Source of the DNA: Trypanosoma brucei
Taxonomy: Eukaryota
DNA length: 64,000 bases
Direction of reading: 5' to 3'
Assembly (NCBI GenBank): GCA_000002445.1
Contig: CH464491.1
Coordinates: forward strand, 2,048,001-2,112,000
The position numbers and the translations under genes were made by a program. The notes under the pieces were generated by a model that did no database searches, was not told where the DNA came from, and saw nothing but the letters and a program-made list of their open reading frames with translations. Of this stretch, positions 11,250 through 21,620 are shown piece after piece. The number at the start of each line of letters is the position of its first letter. The stretch's first letter is position 1.

Positions 11250-14200
11250 GTGAAGGAGGAAGAAACAGAAATTACTTGCTTTCAAATTTCGCTACATGCG
11301 GTATCGCTTGCTCGTAGCGCGCTAATGGAAGACTCTAACGAAGTTGCGTTACGGGGTTTGAGGACAGCGCCTGGAACGCGGCGTGCGAGTCCGCAAGGGG
11401 ACACTAAGCTCAATCTAGTGCCGGAGCCACCACTACCACGCACTGGTGCGTCGATGCTTACAATACCAGTGGTGAAGTTGCTCCACTGCGCGGTCCGTGA
11501 CGTCGTTGAGCAGCAAGCGCCTTCCCTCAAATGTAGTTTATATGACGATGAGGAGGTCACGAACGAAGTGGTCAACCATTTGTTGCATGACACCGCTGTG
11601 GACGGCGTCACGACCCTTGATGTGCTGACGGCGAAGTGGCGGCAGGTTCTCTCAGAATCTCTGAATGCCAATGGCACTGTTTCGGACGCGGAGCGCGCCA
11701 CGCTTCCAGTTACCCCAGGGCCTAGTGAGGCAGAGTGCAATGAGATTCTGGAGCCGGTCACCGACGCCGGTGTGATTTTGAGTCAAAGCCCAGCAAGTGT
11801 TAACGTGCTTCGCCTTGACTGTGATAGTGAACTCTCACTGGATGGTCTGCATACAGAAGATAGTCAGAACACCCATGCTGACGCCCATGAGTTTATTGAT
11901 GCTTGTTTAAATGGATGGTTAAAGGACGGTCACCTAGTTCCTGGCGAGAAAAGGAATGCATTCGTGAGTGCGCTTCGCGTTGTGTCAGACGCGGATAGCG
12001 ATGTGGTTGTGTCAGACAGTCATTGGGATTTCTGGAGGGGCTCCCTGCTGGCCTGTTTGGAGCAACCAACAATTGCTTGGGAAGCAGCAGACCTGATTGT
12101 AGCGTTTCTGTGCAGTCGCTGTTCATCGACGCAGAAGCTTCTTTTGGTAGAAAGTGTCACGAGGATGCTTCGACAGTACAGCCAACAAAACGAAAGTGGA
12201 AGATCACCAGAGGTCTTGTTGCACCTACTCCACAAGCTTGTGCTTCGCCTGGCGGGAGACATAGATTTGCTATTGGATGATGAATTGGGAGGTCTGTTTC
12301 ATCACGTTATCGAATCTGTGATTGAACACATCACTTACTTTGGGGCTGTTGATCCACAAGGGCAGTGGCTGAAAGAGCTTCTGGTGCGTCCAGCACTTAC
12401 CCGTCATGTTATTCGGCTGCCAGAGACTCAGCATGCCCTGGTGAGTAAGCTACTAGATGCTTTTCCCACGACTCATGCGGTGGGACTGACGCTGGTGATG
12501 TTGCCTTTGTGGGTGCAAAAACACAATACTAAGGGTATATTTGCCTCGTTGCTTTCGTGTGTGGTTAACGGGGTTATGACTGGGACTGTTCGGCGTGACA
12601 TGGTTGGAGATGCGTTAGTTTGTATTAGGCGTTGTGCTCGCGGCTTGCATTATTCCAGGCGCTATGAATATGTTAACCAGATTTGCAACATCCTTGCTAG
12701 CAGCGGTAGTGACACAAGAGTGGAGGACAAAAACTGTGGCAATGACCGGAGGTTGTGGCGGTTAGGTTTGCCGCTTCTCCTCGTTTTCTCAGTGCCATCC
12801 GGTCATGATTGTGACAAGGGCTACCGTCTTTTGCCAGGTCAACTGAGGCAACTGGAGAAATGCCTGCTTAGACGCACCGAGCTGTGGTCAGAGGAGTCTC
12901 CGGAAGATCGCGAAATCATTAGCTCTTTTTGGTGTGAAATGCTCCACTGGTACGCAGTGCAGCTGCGCAAGGTAGTGAAGCGTGTTGTAAAGACCGTGGG
13001 CAGCGGGGTTAGCCGATCAGCTGTACCATGGGATGAGAGACACCTGGTTTCCATCAGCACCGTTACTCCTGCTTGGCGTGAACTTGAGAATATTCTCACG
13101 AACAGGGGACGCCATCAACCTCCTGACTACACAACGGTCCTTCAGTGCATGTGTTCTCACAGTGTGCTTGCCACGTCTCCCCAGTATTTTCTTCAGCAGA
13201 ACGTTCAGGTCCCGCAGCGAGATCGATATGCTTTGTTAAATACGAAGCATGAAATTTGGTGGTTACTCATGCGGTGGTGCAGCAGCGCTCCGCTGCGTCA
13301 CGAGCTGTTTCTTGCGACCGGGAGGGTGCTTAAACTGCTCACTAATAGCGAAAGCACTATAAATGAGACCCTCCTCATAGTCCCAGTGGAGGAGTTGGAG
13401 GGGGAGGTGCAGGTTCTGCACACGATTCCGACGGAGGAAATGGAGAAGCGGCGAAGGATAGCGCTTTTTCAATCAATACGCCTATGGATAGCTGCGTTGA
13501 CGCCCCCAGTTGATACTACACCCTTAACCCGTTGGGATGTGGCTGGTGCATTCCTCCAGCAAATCAAGCGGCACTGGATAGACCGCGAGCAAGGCGACAC
13601 GTCAGCGCGTCTATCGTTTGGTGATGACTCTTTGCTTTTACTGCTCTGCGTATATACCATAGGTACATTGACAGGTGCCGTTCTCAATGGCAGTGGAACT
13701 CATCCACCGGACCTTGACAACGCGCTACGTCGAATATTGTTGGATCGTCGGGGCTTCGACCCCGTTCAGCAGCTTCTGTTGTATTTGACCACATGTGCTG
13801 ACTGCAGTGGTCTCACTGATATATTAGCCCATAGATTCGATGCGGTGAGCGAACCCCTTTGGCGAGTGGAGGAATACCGCAACGCCAAGCCAACAGTTAG
13901 TTGTTCACCACTTCCCGTGGGACAAAAAGAGTTGCACCTCTTCAAAAAACATGTTGGAGAGTCATTAGACCAAAGCTACTGTGCCTCTGATGGGTATTAC
14001 TCATCGGGGATGGAACAGGTTTTGATGTTAATCCTTCAGCTGCATGAGGGAAATATAGCTTCAGCAGCAGCCTCTTTGGGATCGTTTCCCCTATCAACGT
14101 GGGAAGCATACGGAGGTGTTAAGGAACTTTCAGCTAGAATTGTCGAATCCATACGTGAAACTCACCCACACATGGAGGGCCTCCTCCGTCTTCATGGTGT

Positions 14201-14489
14201 CGATTTGTACTACCTTTCGCTTCTCTGTACCAGTCGCTGGCTTCGGGATCCGTGGAGGGCGGCAGATGTTGCTAGGACCTCTGTTGATATTTTTGTACGC
14301 CGAGGTTGGAAGGCGTGGGAAAATACCGTGGCGGAATCTCTTTGTGCATATATAACAATGATACATGAGCAGTTTCAGCGGCACCAAAGCCTTTTGTTGT
14401 GCCCATGGGAGGAAACAGCTGTCTTTCCAGTAAGTTATTTCTGGGCTTCGTGTATTACTAATAAATTTACATTGGTAAGGTCTAGCTAG
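11250..14489 (+). CDS. large hypothetical protein (about 1079 aa, helical, Leu-rich)
   Basis: A long uninterrupted ORF on the PTU strand preceded by a polypyrimidine tract (11190-11250). An alternative start is 'MEDSNEV' at 11325. No confident domain was assigned. Confidence 0.55.
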   Translation: MKEEETEITCFQISLHAVSLARSALMEDSNEVALRGLRTAPGTRRASPQGDTKLNLVPEPPLPRTGASMLTIPVVKLLHCAVRDVVEQQAPSLKCSLYDDEEVTNEVVNHLLHDTAVDGVTTLDVLTAKWRQVLSESLNANGTVSDAERATLPVTPGPSEAECNEILEPVTDAGVILSQSPASVNVLRLDCDSELSLDGLHTEDSQNTHADAHEFIDACLNGWLKDGHLVPGEKRNAFVSALRVVSDADSDVVVSDSHWDFWRGSLLACLEQPTIAWEAADLIVAFLCSRCSSTQKLLLVESVTRMLRQYSQQNESGRSPEVLLHLLHKLVLRLAGDIDLLLDDELGGLFHHVIESVIEHITYFGAVDPQGQWLKELLVRPALTRHVIRLPETQHALVSKLLDAFPTTHAVGLTLVMLPLWVQKHNTKGIFASLLSCVVNGVMTGTVRRDMVGDALVCIRRCARGLHYSRRYEYVNQICNILASSGSDTRVEDKNCGNDRRLWRLGLPLLLVFSVPSGHDCDKGYRLLPGQLRQLEKCLLRRTELWSEESPEDREIISSFWCEMLHWYAVQLRKVVKRVVKTVGSGVSRSAVPWDERHLVSISTVTPAWRELENILTNRGRHQPPDYTTVLQCMCSHSVLATSPQYFLQQNVQVPQRDRYALLNTKHEIWWLLMRWCSSAPLRHELFLATGRVLKLLTNSESTINETLLIVPVEELEGEVQVLHTIPTEEMEKRRRIALFQSIRLWIAALTPPVDTTPLTRWDVAGAFLQQIKRHWIDREQGDTSARLSFGDDSLLLLLCVYTIGTLTGAVLNGSGTHPPDLDNALRRILLDRRGFDPVQQLLLYLTTCADCSGLTDILAHRFDAVSEPLWRVEEYRNAKPTVSCSPLPVGQKELHLFKKHVGESLDQSYCASDGYYSSGMEQVLMLILQLHEGNIASAAASLGSFPLSTWEAYGGVKELSARIVESIRETHPHMEGLLRLHGVDLYYLSLLCTSRWLRDPWRAADVARTSVDIFVRRGWKAWENTVAESLCAYITMIHEQFQRHQSLLLCPWEETAVFPVSYFWASCITNKFTLVRSS

Positions 14490-15578
14490 GAAGTCCCTGG
14501 TGGAAATATCTCTTCGTTGAATATTGTCCGAACATGGTTTCGATGCGCACCAACGTGTTTGTTCAGTCAGCTTCTATTGTTCTCACCCACTGCATTGGTC
14601 GCCGTTTTTTCCCCCATCATATGTTTATTTCCTTTCTTTATGTGAACGATCCGTGTTTTTCCCGACACTTCTTTTGTTGCTACTGCTGTTGTGGTAGTAG
14701 TAGTAAACGCGCCTGTCATGTGCTGCAATGAGGTTAAGGAAAGCAAGTGTTCGCACGGCGGTGACGTGAGGAGGGCCTTTGCTCGTGGGCTGTATTAACT
14801 CAGGTTGGTGGTGACACTTTCTGAATAGCTCGGGTTAAATATTTTTTGTCCTTCCTACAAGGTGTCTGGGTGACGAGCGTTTTTGTTTTTTTTTTCATCG
14901 GCCGTATCGCCCTTAACTGCGCTGTAGATGGTTGCACCGTTACAAGTAACTCTCCTTCAACTATTTTGCTTTGCCGAGGAGGGCCAGGATGTTATTGCAA
15001 CTTGTTTTTGTTTTTTACCCCGTTACGTCGCATTCACTCAACACTACCGTGTCACGGTTGAGAAACTCAGAGCGCGGGAGCCGACTTGTCGTGTATGCGT
15101 GTAGAGGGGAGCTGTTCCTTCTATTTTTTATTACTCGTCTCTCGAATAATAGTAACAATAACATAAGAAGTGGTAAAGGCGACTAACTTTTGCACTGAGT
15201 CGTTTCTAGAGGGAGTTACAGTTGTAGAGGAAAGGGACTAGGGGGTATCAGTGGTAAGTGGGGCAAAGTACAGCGGTTTCTTCTTATTTTTCCTTTACGA
15301 AAAAAAAAAGGGAGGAGGGGGTGCACAAGTAAAACAGCGTTAGCAAGGATGTAGGTGGAGGGAGAGAAGAAATTGTTTTGAACAGGAACGTTGTCATGAT
15401 ATCGGTGCTGTGGGACATGATCGTTAAACTGAGGGTTAGTGTTTCTGATGGTAATAAATGGAGCCTTACGTCGATGCAAAGAAAACACGTTCTTGTGTTG
15501 GTTTCACCAACGACCTTTTCGTTGCTTTTTTTTTTTGCTTTTTACACAAGGATACAGACCCACCGCATATTTTAGCAT

Positions 15579-17606
15579 ATGCTTCACCATAAATTAGATA
15601 CAGTGAGCGTCATCGCACTCTTGTTGACACTCCGTGGTACCGTCGCTGACGACAACATCACTGGGGAGGAAGAGGGGACAGGGCACCGATGCATGCACAA
15701 TGATGTTGCCGTTCCATACGATGAGCTTCCCTCCATGGACGCCGTTCATGATTTGCAAACGGCACACGTGGCGGAGGTTTCCAACAATACTGAAGGTGAG
15801 GGAAACAAGAGCAAAAGTGTTGAACGGAAAAATGTGCGGTTTCACATAAAATACGCGTTAGGCGAGACCTGCAAAGGAATCGGAATGACTGTTCCCACCT
15901 ACATCAAGGGAACTACCAAGGAATGCACCGAGGATGATGTGCTGACGAAATGGAAACTTCGCTCTGTCAAGGTCATGATGGAGGCTGCTACAAAATTTCT
16001 TAGTTCTGCGCTTCTTGTAGATCCCCTGGAAGCGGTGAACGTTCCAGGGGGTAAGTGCTCAGGGGTTCAGGTCCCCAAAATGACCGTACCGAATGCGGAT
16101 TACGTTGTGTTTGTGACGATCAACCCACGACCAGAAGAGGAAACCACGACAGTCGCGTGGGCCGCTGCGTGTCTGAAAGATACTCGGTCAGGTAGACCTG
16201 TCGTGGGCCACATCAATTTCATCCCCGCTGCCATCCAACGGAACCCATCAAGTCTTGCTGAACATGTGGCTATGCACGAGCTCGCGCATGCCATCGGCTT
16301 TAGTGATATTGCTGAAACGATGTTAAGAGCACCTAATGGATTGGGTGCGAAAGGCTCGCAAAGAGTGTATCGTAAAGGACTGGGGAAAGCGGTCACACTT
16401 ATTACCTCGCCCAAGGTTCTGAAGGTCGCCCGGGAGTACTATGGTTGCCCCGGCCTTGATGGTGTTGAGGTTGAGGATGCTGGAAGTGAGGGCACGCGGG
16501 GCTCGCACTGGAAGAAACGAATTTTGTTTAACGAGGCCCTCGTTGGTAGTGTAACGTCCGGGCAGCTGTTTTTTTCTCCTCTAACTCTCGCTTACTTTGA
16601 GGACCTTGGATTTTACACGGCCAACTACTCTACCGCAGAGACGGGCATGACCTGGGGGAAGGGCAGAGGGTGCGACTTTTTGTATCAGAAGTGCGATAAT
16701 CATCCCCGGGAGTGGGGAGAGTTCTGTTTTCGTAAAGAAATGTTCGTGTCCACCTGTACATTGGACCGAAGCAGCTTAGGGGCGTGCGATATTACAACTC
16801 ACCCCGAGGATCTCCCTCAGCTTTATCGGTACTTTGATGATCCTCGAGTTGGCGGCTCCTCCGCGGAGATGGATTATTGTCCCACCGTAATGGGGTTTGT
16901 TAATGCGTACTGTACTGCGGAGCTAGGTTTTGCTTTTATGAACGTCTTCGGTAATGAAATGGGTGTGCACAGTCTGTGTTATGACTCCGACGTCATCACA
17001 AGTGTGTTTCCCAACTTCCCCTTCGCGGCACGATGCTTTCCAACAACGTGTACACCCTCTGGACAGCTTCTGCTGCGTGTGCAGGGGCGTACGGTTGCGT
17101 GCCCACGTGACGGTAAAGCGGGATTGGGTGACACCTCGAAGTTGAAGGGTGTTCACGGTAAGGTCCAATGCCCCCCTAGTGAGAACTTTTGCAAAAATTC
17201 TGGTAATGGTATTTCTAAGCTGCAGCTTGCGTCGGTTGCGGACGAGGTGGATGGTAGTTCAAACACGGAAAGAATCGGACACTCACTTATATCTCCTACA
17301 CCGCATACATGGAACAGTGAAGACATGGGGAGCTGCAGCAGTCGCCTCGCTTGTCTGAAAGATATTCCGCCCCCCTTTCCGGCGTGCAGCCTGGCTGCAA
17401 GGAAGGTGAAGGAGTGTCTCGGGAATGATTGCCCAGGGAGTGCGCAGCAATGGCGATATGCAAATGAAGTAGGTAATAGTTGCTTGAACCCAGAGGGTAT
17501 GGTGGCCATGTGTATGGATGGCTGGAGAGGTGTAAATGAATTGTGTGGGGCAGTAGATCCTGAATCCAAGTTGGGACGAAGCTACCGATCGATGCTTCCC
17601 TTCTAA
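15579..17606 (+). CDS. GP63 / leishmanolysin / major surface protease (M8 zinc metalloprotease)
   Basis: An N-terminal signal peptide 'MLHHKLDTVSVIALLLTLRGTVAD' and the zincin motif 'VAMHELAHAIGFS' (HExxH) are present. The Cys-rich C-terminal half is typical of M8 proteases. The C-terminus 'ESKLGRSYRSMLPF' is not hydrophobic, so there is no obvious GPI or TM signal. Confidence 0.9.
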   Translation: MLHHKLDTVSVIALLLTLRGTVADDNITGEEEGTGHRCMHNDVAVPYDELPSMDAVHDLQTAHVAEVSNNTEGEGNKSKSVERKNVRFHIKYALGETCKGIGMTVPTYIKGTTKECTEDDVLTKWKLRSVKVMMEAATKFLSSALLVDPLEAVNVPGGKCSGVQVPKMTVPNADYVVFVTINPRPEEETTTVAWAAACLKDTRSGRPVVGHINFIPAAIQRNPSSLAEHVAMHELAHAIGFSDIAETMLRAPNGLGAKGSQRVYRKGLGKAVTLITSPKVLKVAREYYGCPGLDGVEVEDAGSEGTRGSHWKKRILFNEALVGSVTSGQLFFSPLTLAYFEDLGFYTANYSTAETGMTWGKGRGCDFLYQKCDNHPREWGEFCFRKEMFVSTCTLDRSSLGACDITTHPEDLPQLYRYFDDPRVGGSSAEMDYCPTVMGFVNAYCTAELGFAFMNVFGNEMGVHSLCYDSDVITSVFPNFPFAARCFPTTCTPSGQLLLRVQGRTVACPRDGKAGLGDTSKLKGVHGKVQCPPSENFCKNSGNGISKLQLASVADEVDGSSNTERIGHSLISPTPHTWNSEDMGSCSSRLACLKDIPPPFPACSLAARKVKECLGNDCPGSAQQWRYANEVGNSCLNPEGMVAMCMDGWRGVNELCGAVDPESKLGRSYRSMLPF

Positions 17607-18544
17607 TGTTCGCCCCTCCGAAAGGGGGGGGGGCGAAAGCATGTTCGTTGGGCCTATGATAGCCGTCGGTATTGTAGTCGGAGATGGGGAAACATAAGGA
17701 ACGTAAATACTTTTTTAGGAAAGGTTGTTCCATAATTGCCCTTCGAGTATGTTCCATATGCTTATGTACTCTCCGTTCCCTTCCCACAGTTTGTAAGCAG
17801 GCACATGCTTGTACGATTGGAGGTGATTATATGATAAATCATGTGCCCCACGAAGTAATGCCCATTCTCTTATCTGCCCCGATAAAGTTCACAATTGAAA
17901 ACGCATGATGGTTCGGGTGGTGAGACGATGCCACAACATATCGGTAGCACATCACATTTGCTGAACCGTTAAGGATGCTTGAGGAACGGATAAACATCGC
18001 AAGGTGCTAGAGAACGCGAGTGCTATAGAGGGCGAGCGGGAGACGACGGTGGTTCCTCTCCAGTCTTAAGTTTGCTTCACTCAGGTGGTACGCGAGAGGC
18101 GTGTGGCTCTCCACGCTTTCCCCCATCCATCTTATGACGGTATTGACACTTCATTAGTTGTACTGCACTCGTCCGAACGTGTCATTGTTGTTTCTTCTTT
18201 TTTTTTTTTTATTGCGGGGAACTGCATGGACTGCATCAATGCTGCCAACAGTGGCTCACAGGTATACTGCAGGTCACAAGTGTCTAACCGTTTGCTGGCG
18301 CAAGGCGGTTGTTTTACGGTTCTACTTTTTTCCTTACCCTGGTGGGTATGTTTCGTAATTTTAACAATTGCACCCTTGAAATGTAGCATGTGGTGTGTTT
18401 GCCTATCAAAGAATCACAATGACTGCCTGCATTAACTGTTGCATATGTTTATATTTCGTTTCGTCGCTGTGGTTGTTTCCAAACCCGCTCAATCACTCCT
18501 TTTGGTTCACGTAGAAAGGCTGAATTTGTTGTGCCTGATCAGTA

Positions 18545-19513
18545 ATGGGAGAGGAGGTAGTTAGGTTAGATGGACATGGCGTAACTGATGGCACGGTGGC
18601 TGGTTTGTGTGATCACCGTAATATCCGACGCGTGGAATTAACGAACTGCACCCGCATCACTGATATCAGCCCATTGGCCAATATTTTTACGCTCGAAGAG
18701 GTGGTCATACGCAACTGCCAGTCCGTGCGTTACGTTGGAACACTTGGCCAATCGCAGCCGTCTCTGCGCAGAATTGAATTCACGGGGACCCCTCTGACAG
18801 GAGAGCAGCTGCAACTTCTTAGAAGTGCGCAAGCGCAATTAATTCTTAGAGACGGCGACTTTCCAGTACAACTGAAGCAACCAGGACAACTCCTCGTCAA
18901 GGAATCCATCGATGTTGTCAAGGGCATCGTAAGTCAGTTCAAGCCTGAAGAAATTGGGATTGCCTTCAATGGTGGCAAGGATTCTGTGGTTATGATGGAC
19001 ATCCTCTACTGTGTCATGGGGGCAGAATTCATTTCTCAGTGTTGTGTGTTTCATCTCAACACAATCAACGATAAGGAGTTTCACGAAGTGGTGGAGTTCA
19101 GGAAGGCATTCGCTGCTGCCAGAAAACTCTCTATAGTTCAATCTGATCAGATGTTATCCATGAAGGACGGGCTTGAACAAGTCAAGAAAACGATGGGTAT
19201 TCGAGTAGCTTTCATGGGAACGCGCAAAGCGGACGGTTGCCATCAAATGACTGGTGTAGAGAGAACCACGGCGGGCTGGCCTGATCTGCTGCGCGCCTGC
19301 CCGCTGTTTTGTTGGGAGTATGAAGATGTTTGGGGCTACATACGGACCTATGATCTTCCCTTCTGTGAATTGTATGAAAAAGGATATACTTCCCTTGGAG
19401 GCGCGAACAGCACCATTCCAAATTCTCACCTGTCCCGCGAGGATGGAACGTTCCGCCCCGCCTGGGAATTGGCTAATGGGAGGTCTGAGCGATGTGGAAG
19501 GCTAAGCACATGA
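18545..19513 (+). CDS. FAD synthetase (FMN adenylyltransferase, PAPS-reductase-like fold) with about 110 aa N-terminal Cys-containing LRR-like extension
   Basis: PP-loop motif 'IGIAFNGGKDSVVMMDILYCV' (compare FAD1/FLAD1 'SFNGGKDC') and the C-terminal 'GYTSLGGANSTIPNSHL' FAD1-type motif are present. The N-terminal 'VELTNCTRITDISPLANIFTLEEVVIRNCQSV' resembles trypanosomatid cysteine-containing LRRs. No Met lies between the ORF start and the PP-loop. Confidence 0.75.
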   Translation: MGEEVVRLDGHGVTDGTVAGLCDHRNIRRVELTNCTRITDISPLANIFTLEEVVIRNCQSVRYVGTLGQSQPSLRRIEFTGTPLTGEQLQLLRSAQAQLILRDGDFPVQLKQPGQLLVKESIDVVKGIVSQFKPEEIGIAFNGGKDSVVMMDILYCVMGAEFISQCCVFHLNTINDKEFHEVVEFRKAFAAARKLSIVQSDQMLSMKDGLEQVKKTMGIRVAFMGTRKADGCHQMTGVERTTAGWPDLLRACPLFCWEYEDVWGYIRTYDLPFCELYEKGYTSLGGANSTIPNSHLSREDGTFRPAWELANGRSERCGRLST

Positions 19514-20059
19514 GGAGGCGGGGTATGATGTGGTGTGGCGCGCTCGAGATGGGGAAGGAGTTCGTGCGGCAGCGCAAATTAAGGAGGTGAAAGAAGGTGA
19601 GTGGAGCTAAAGGGGGATTGTGGGCGACAAAGAACAAGTCAGTTGTGATGGGCCACGGGGTGGGTGATCAACCGTTGTTATGCGTCTTACGGTTATTTTT
19701 TTAACGATATTTGGTGCGTTTCGTGGGGAGCTGCAGTTTTGCAGTGAACCGGAAAGTGTTGTACCACTTCGGTTTTTTTTTCTGCCGCTGGAGTTTTGGC
19801 GACGTAAACTGTATAATCTGTACTGTTCAGTTGGTGATAGTTCTGCAACTTTCTTTTGCTGGTTTGCAATATTGTGTGACTCTGTACTTTGTTGACATCA
19901 CACCAAAGGCTAATTACGGTACATCTTTTACAGGACAAACGAATTGGAGTACAACTTAGGGTTGTAAGGAGGAAATAGAAGTGACGAGGGAGAAAGCTGC
20001 CTTCGCTTTGGGTGTGGTGCTTCCTGTGCAATTTCATCCCTAAACTTTCTTCTTTCAGT

Positions 20060-20470
20060 ATGAGCCGTGCCAACGTGCCGTTCAATCCGATGAGGCGGAC
20101 CCCTCCGCCTCCACCCTGCATTGACACATTCACGCTCGTTCCCAGTGATTACATGTCGATGTTATCAGCAGATGGTCATAAATTCGTACTTCATCGTGAC
20201 TGTGCGTGTGCCTCACCTCTTATTCGTAAGGCACTTACAAATCTCGTGGACCCCGGCGTTCCGGAGATGCGCTTCGACTGGGCCAATGGTGACAATGAGC
20301 CTCCGGTTATTTACTTTACAAAAGCGCCAACTGCATTATTAGAGGTGGTTATCAAGTATCTGTACTACAAGCATAGATATGAAGGAGATACCGATTACCG
20401 ACCGCCATTCGACGTGCCACGCCAAATCGCCCTCGATATCATGAAGCTCGCGCAGGTACTCCAATGTTAA
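20060..20470 (+). CDS. Elongin C-like (SKP1/BTB-fold) protein, copy 1
   Basis: 'LSADGHKFVLHRDCACASPLIRKAL ... VIKYLYYKHRYEGDTDYRPPFDVPRQIALDIMKLAQVLQC' aligns along its length with human Elongin C ('[25 protein letters not shown] ... [40 protein letters not shown]'), including the terminal Cys. Confidence 0.75.
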   Translation: MSRANVPFNPMRRTPPPPPCIDTFTLVPSDYMSMLSADGHKFVLHRDCACASPLIRKALTNLVDPGVPEMRFDWANGDNEPPVIYFTKAPTALLEVVIKYLYYKHRYEGDTDYRPPFDVPRQIALDIMKLAQVLQC

Positions 20471-20693
20471 CCACTCACCCTCTCTTTCGGTGGTTCTGCA
20501 TGTGCATGGACATGTGATATGTTGTTGCCTCTATACCAAAAGAGAGAGAAGGGCGAAATGTGTAGGTGTAAACAGCGATTCTTCAATCTAACCATGGTTT
20601 CACACCTGCGTGTCATAACACAAGCCCCTTTTTATGATTGCCATCCGCCTCTTCTCCTCGCACGGCTTTTTCTTCTGGTTTCAAGGGGTTATC

Positions 20694-21272
20694 ATGAAAA
20701 GGGCAAAGGCACTTGTTGTTGCCGAGCAGGCCACACCGCAAGTGATTCCATGTGAGCCGTCCTACATGGTGTGTTTAGAATCCTCTGATGGGCATCGTTT
20801 CTTAGTGGACCGAAACTGTGCTATGGTGAGTGGCGTGATGCGGCAAGCCATGCGCAACAAACTTTCAGATTTTGATGACAACAACTCCTCCCATGTGGCG
20901 GCAAACGCAACTTCCACCGCAGATGGGACGGTTTGTCCTGCCTCTCTGTCACCCACAACGTTTGAAACGGCTACCTTTTCCTCCTCCATCGCTTCCTCCG
21001 TATGCTCCGAGGATTGCGCGAGTACCATGGGAAACCTCATGTCACCCACGCAACGCGGGGAGGAGGTATGCACGATGACAAAAATTGGATCGTTAGAATA
21101 TGAAGTTATTAAACTGGATGAGATACCCGGGGACCTCCTTGACCTCGCAGTGCAAGAGATGTACTACAAGTACAGGTACGATGGGGAGCCGGAGAAGCGA
21201 CCGCAGGAACCAACGCATACTGTAGATATGAGGTACAAACTCGCTGCGTTGAGCGTCCTCCTAGATATGTAA
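20694..21272 (+). CDS. Elongin C-like paralogue, copy 2 (with about 70 aa Ser/Thr-rich insertion)
   Basis: 'LESSDGHRFLVDRNCAMVSGVMRQAM ... VQEMYYKYRYDGEPEKRPQEP' carries the same Elongin C block, split by a low-complexity insertion. It lies immediately downstream of copy 1 on the same strand. Confidence 0.65.
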   Translation: MKRAKALVVAEQATPQVIPCEPSYMVCLESSDGHRFLVDRNCAMVSGVMRQAMRNKLSDFDDNNSSHVAANATSTADGTVCPASLSPTTFETATFSSSIASSVCSEDCASTMGNLMSPTQRGEEVCTMTKIGSLEYEVIKLDEIPGDLLDLAVQEMYYKYRYDGEPEKRPQEPTHTVDMRYKLAALSVLLDM

Positions 21273-21620
21273 TACCTTGCGGATCAGTTCTATTCACAAG
21301 CAGAAGTGGTGTTTGATCATGGTCACCCAGAGGGGGAAAGGGGGTCGGCGCGTGTGTGCATGTGCATGTATTGGGAGTGTAAAATTATTGTGATATGTGG
21401 TGGAACCCCGCGTCACACAAGAAACTGTCAGAGAAGCTGCATGTAGTGTCGTTCTCCCATGCTTTTTGATCTTCACTGCTTTTCGCACCGTGTTTTCTGC
21501 TGTTCTCACCCATTGATATTTCTTTTCAGTGGTGTTTTGCCCACCAGCACCTGGTGGTGACACCGCTTGGATTTTGTTTTCCGATTTTATTTTATTTTTC
21601 GTTGGCAGTGGGACGCTACG

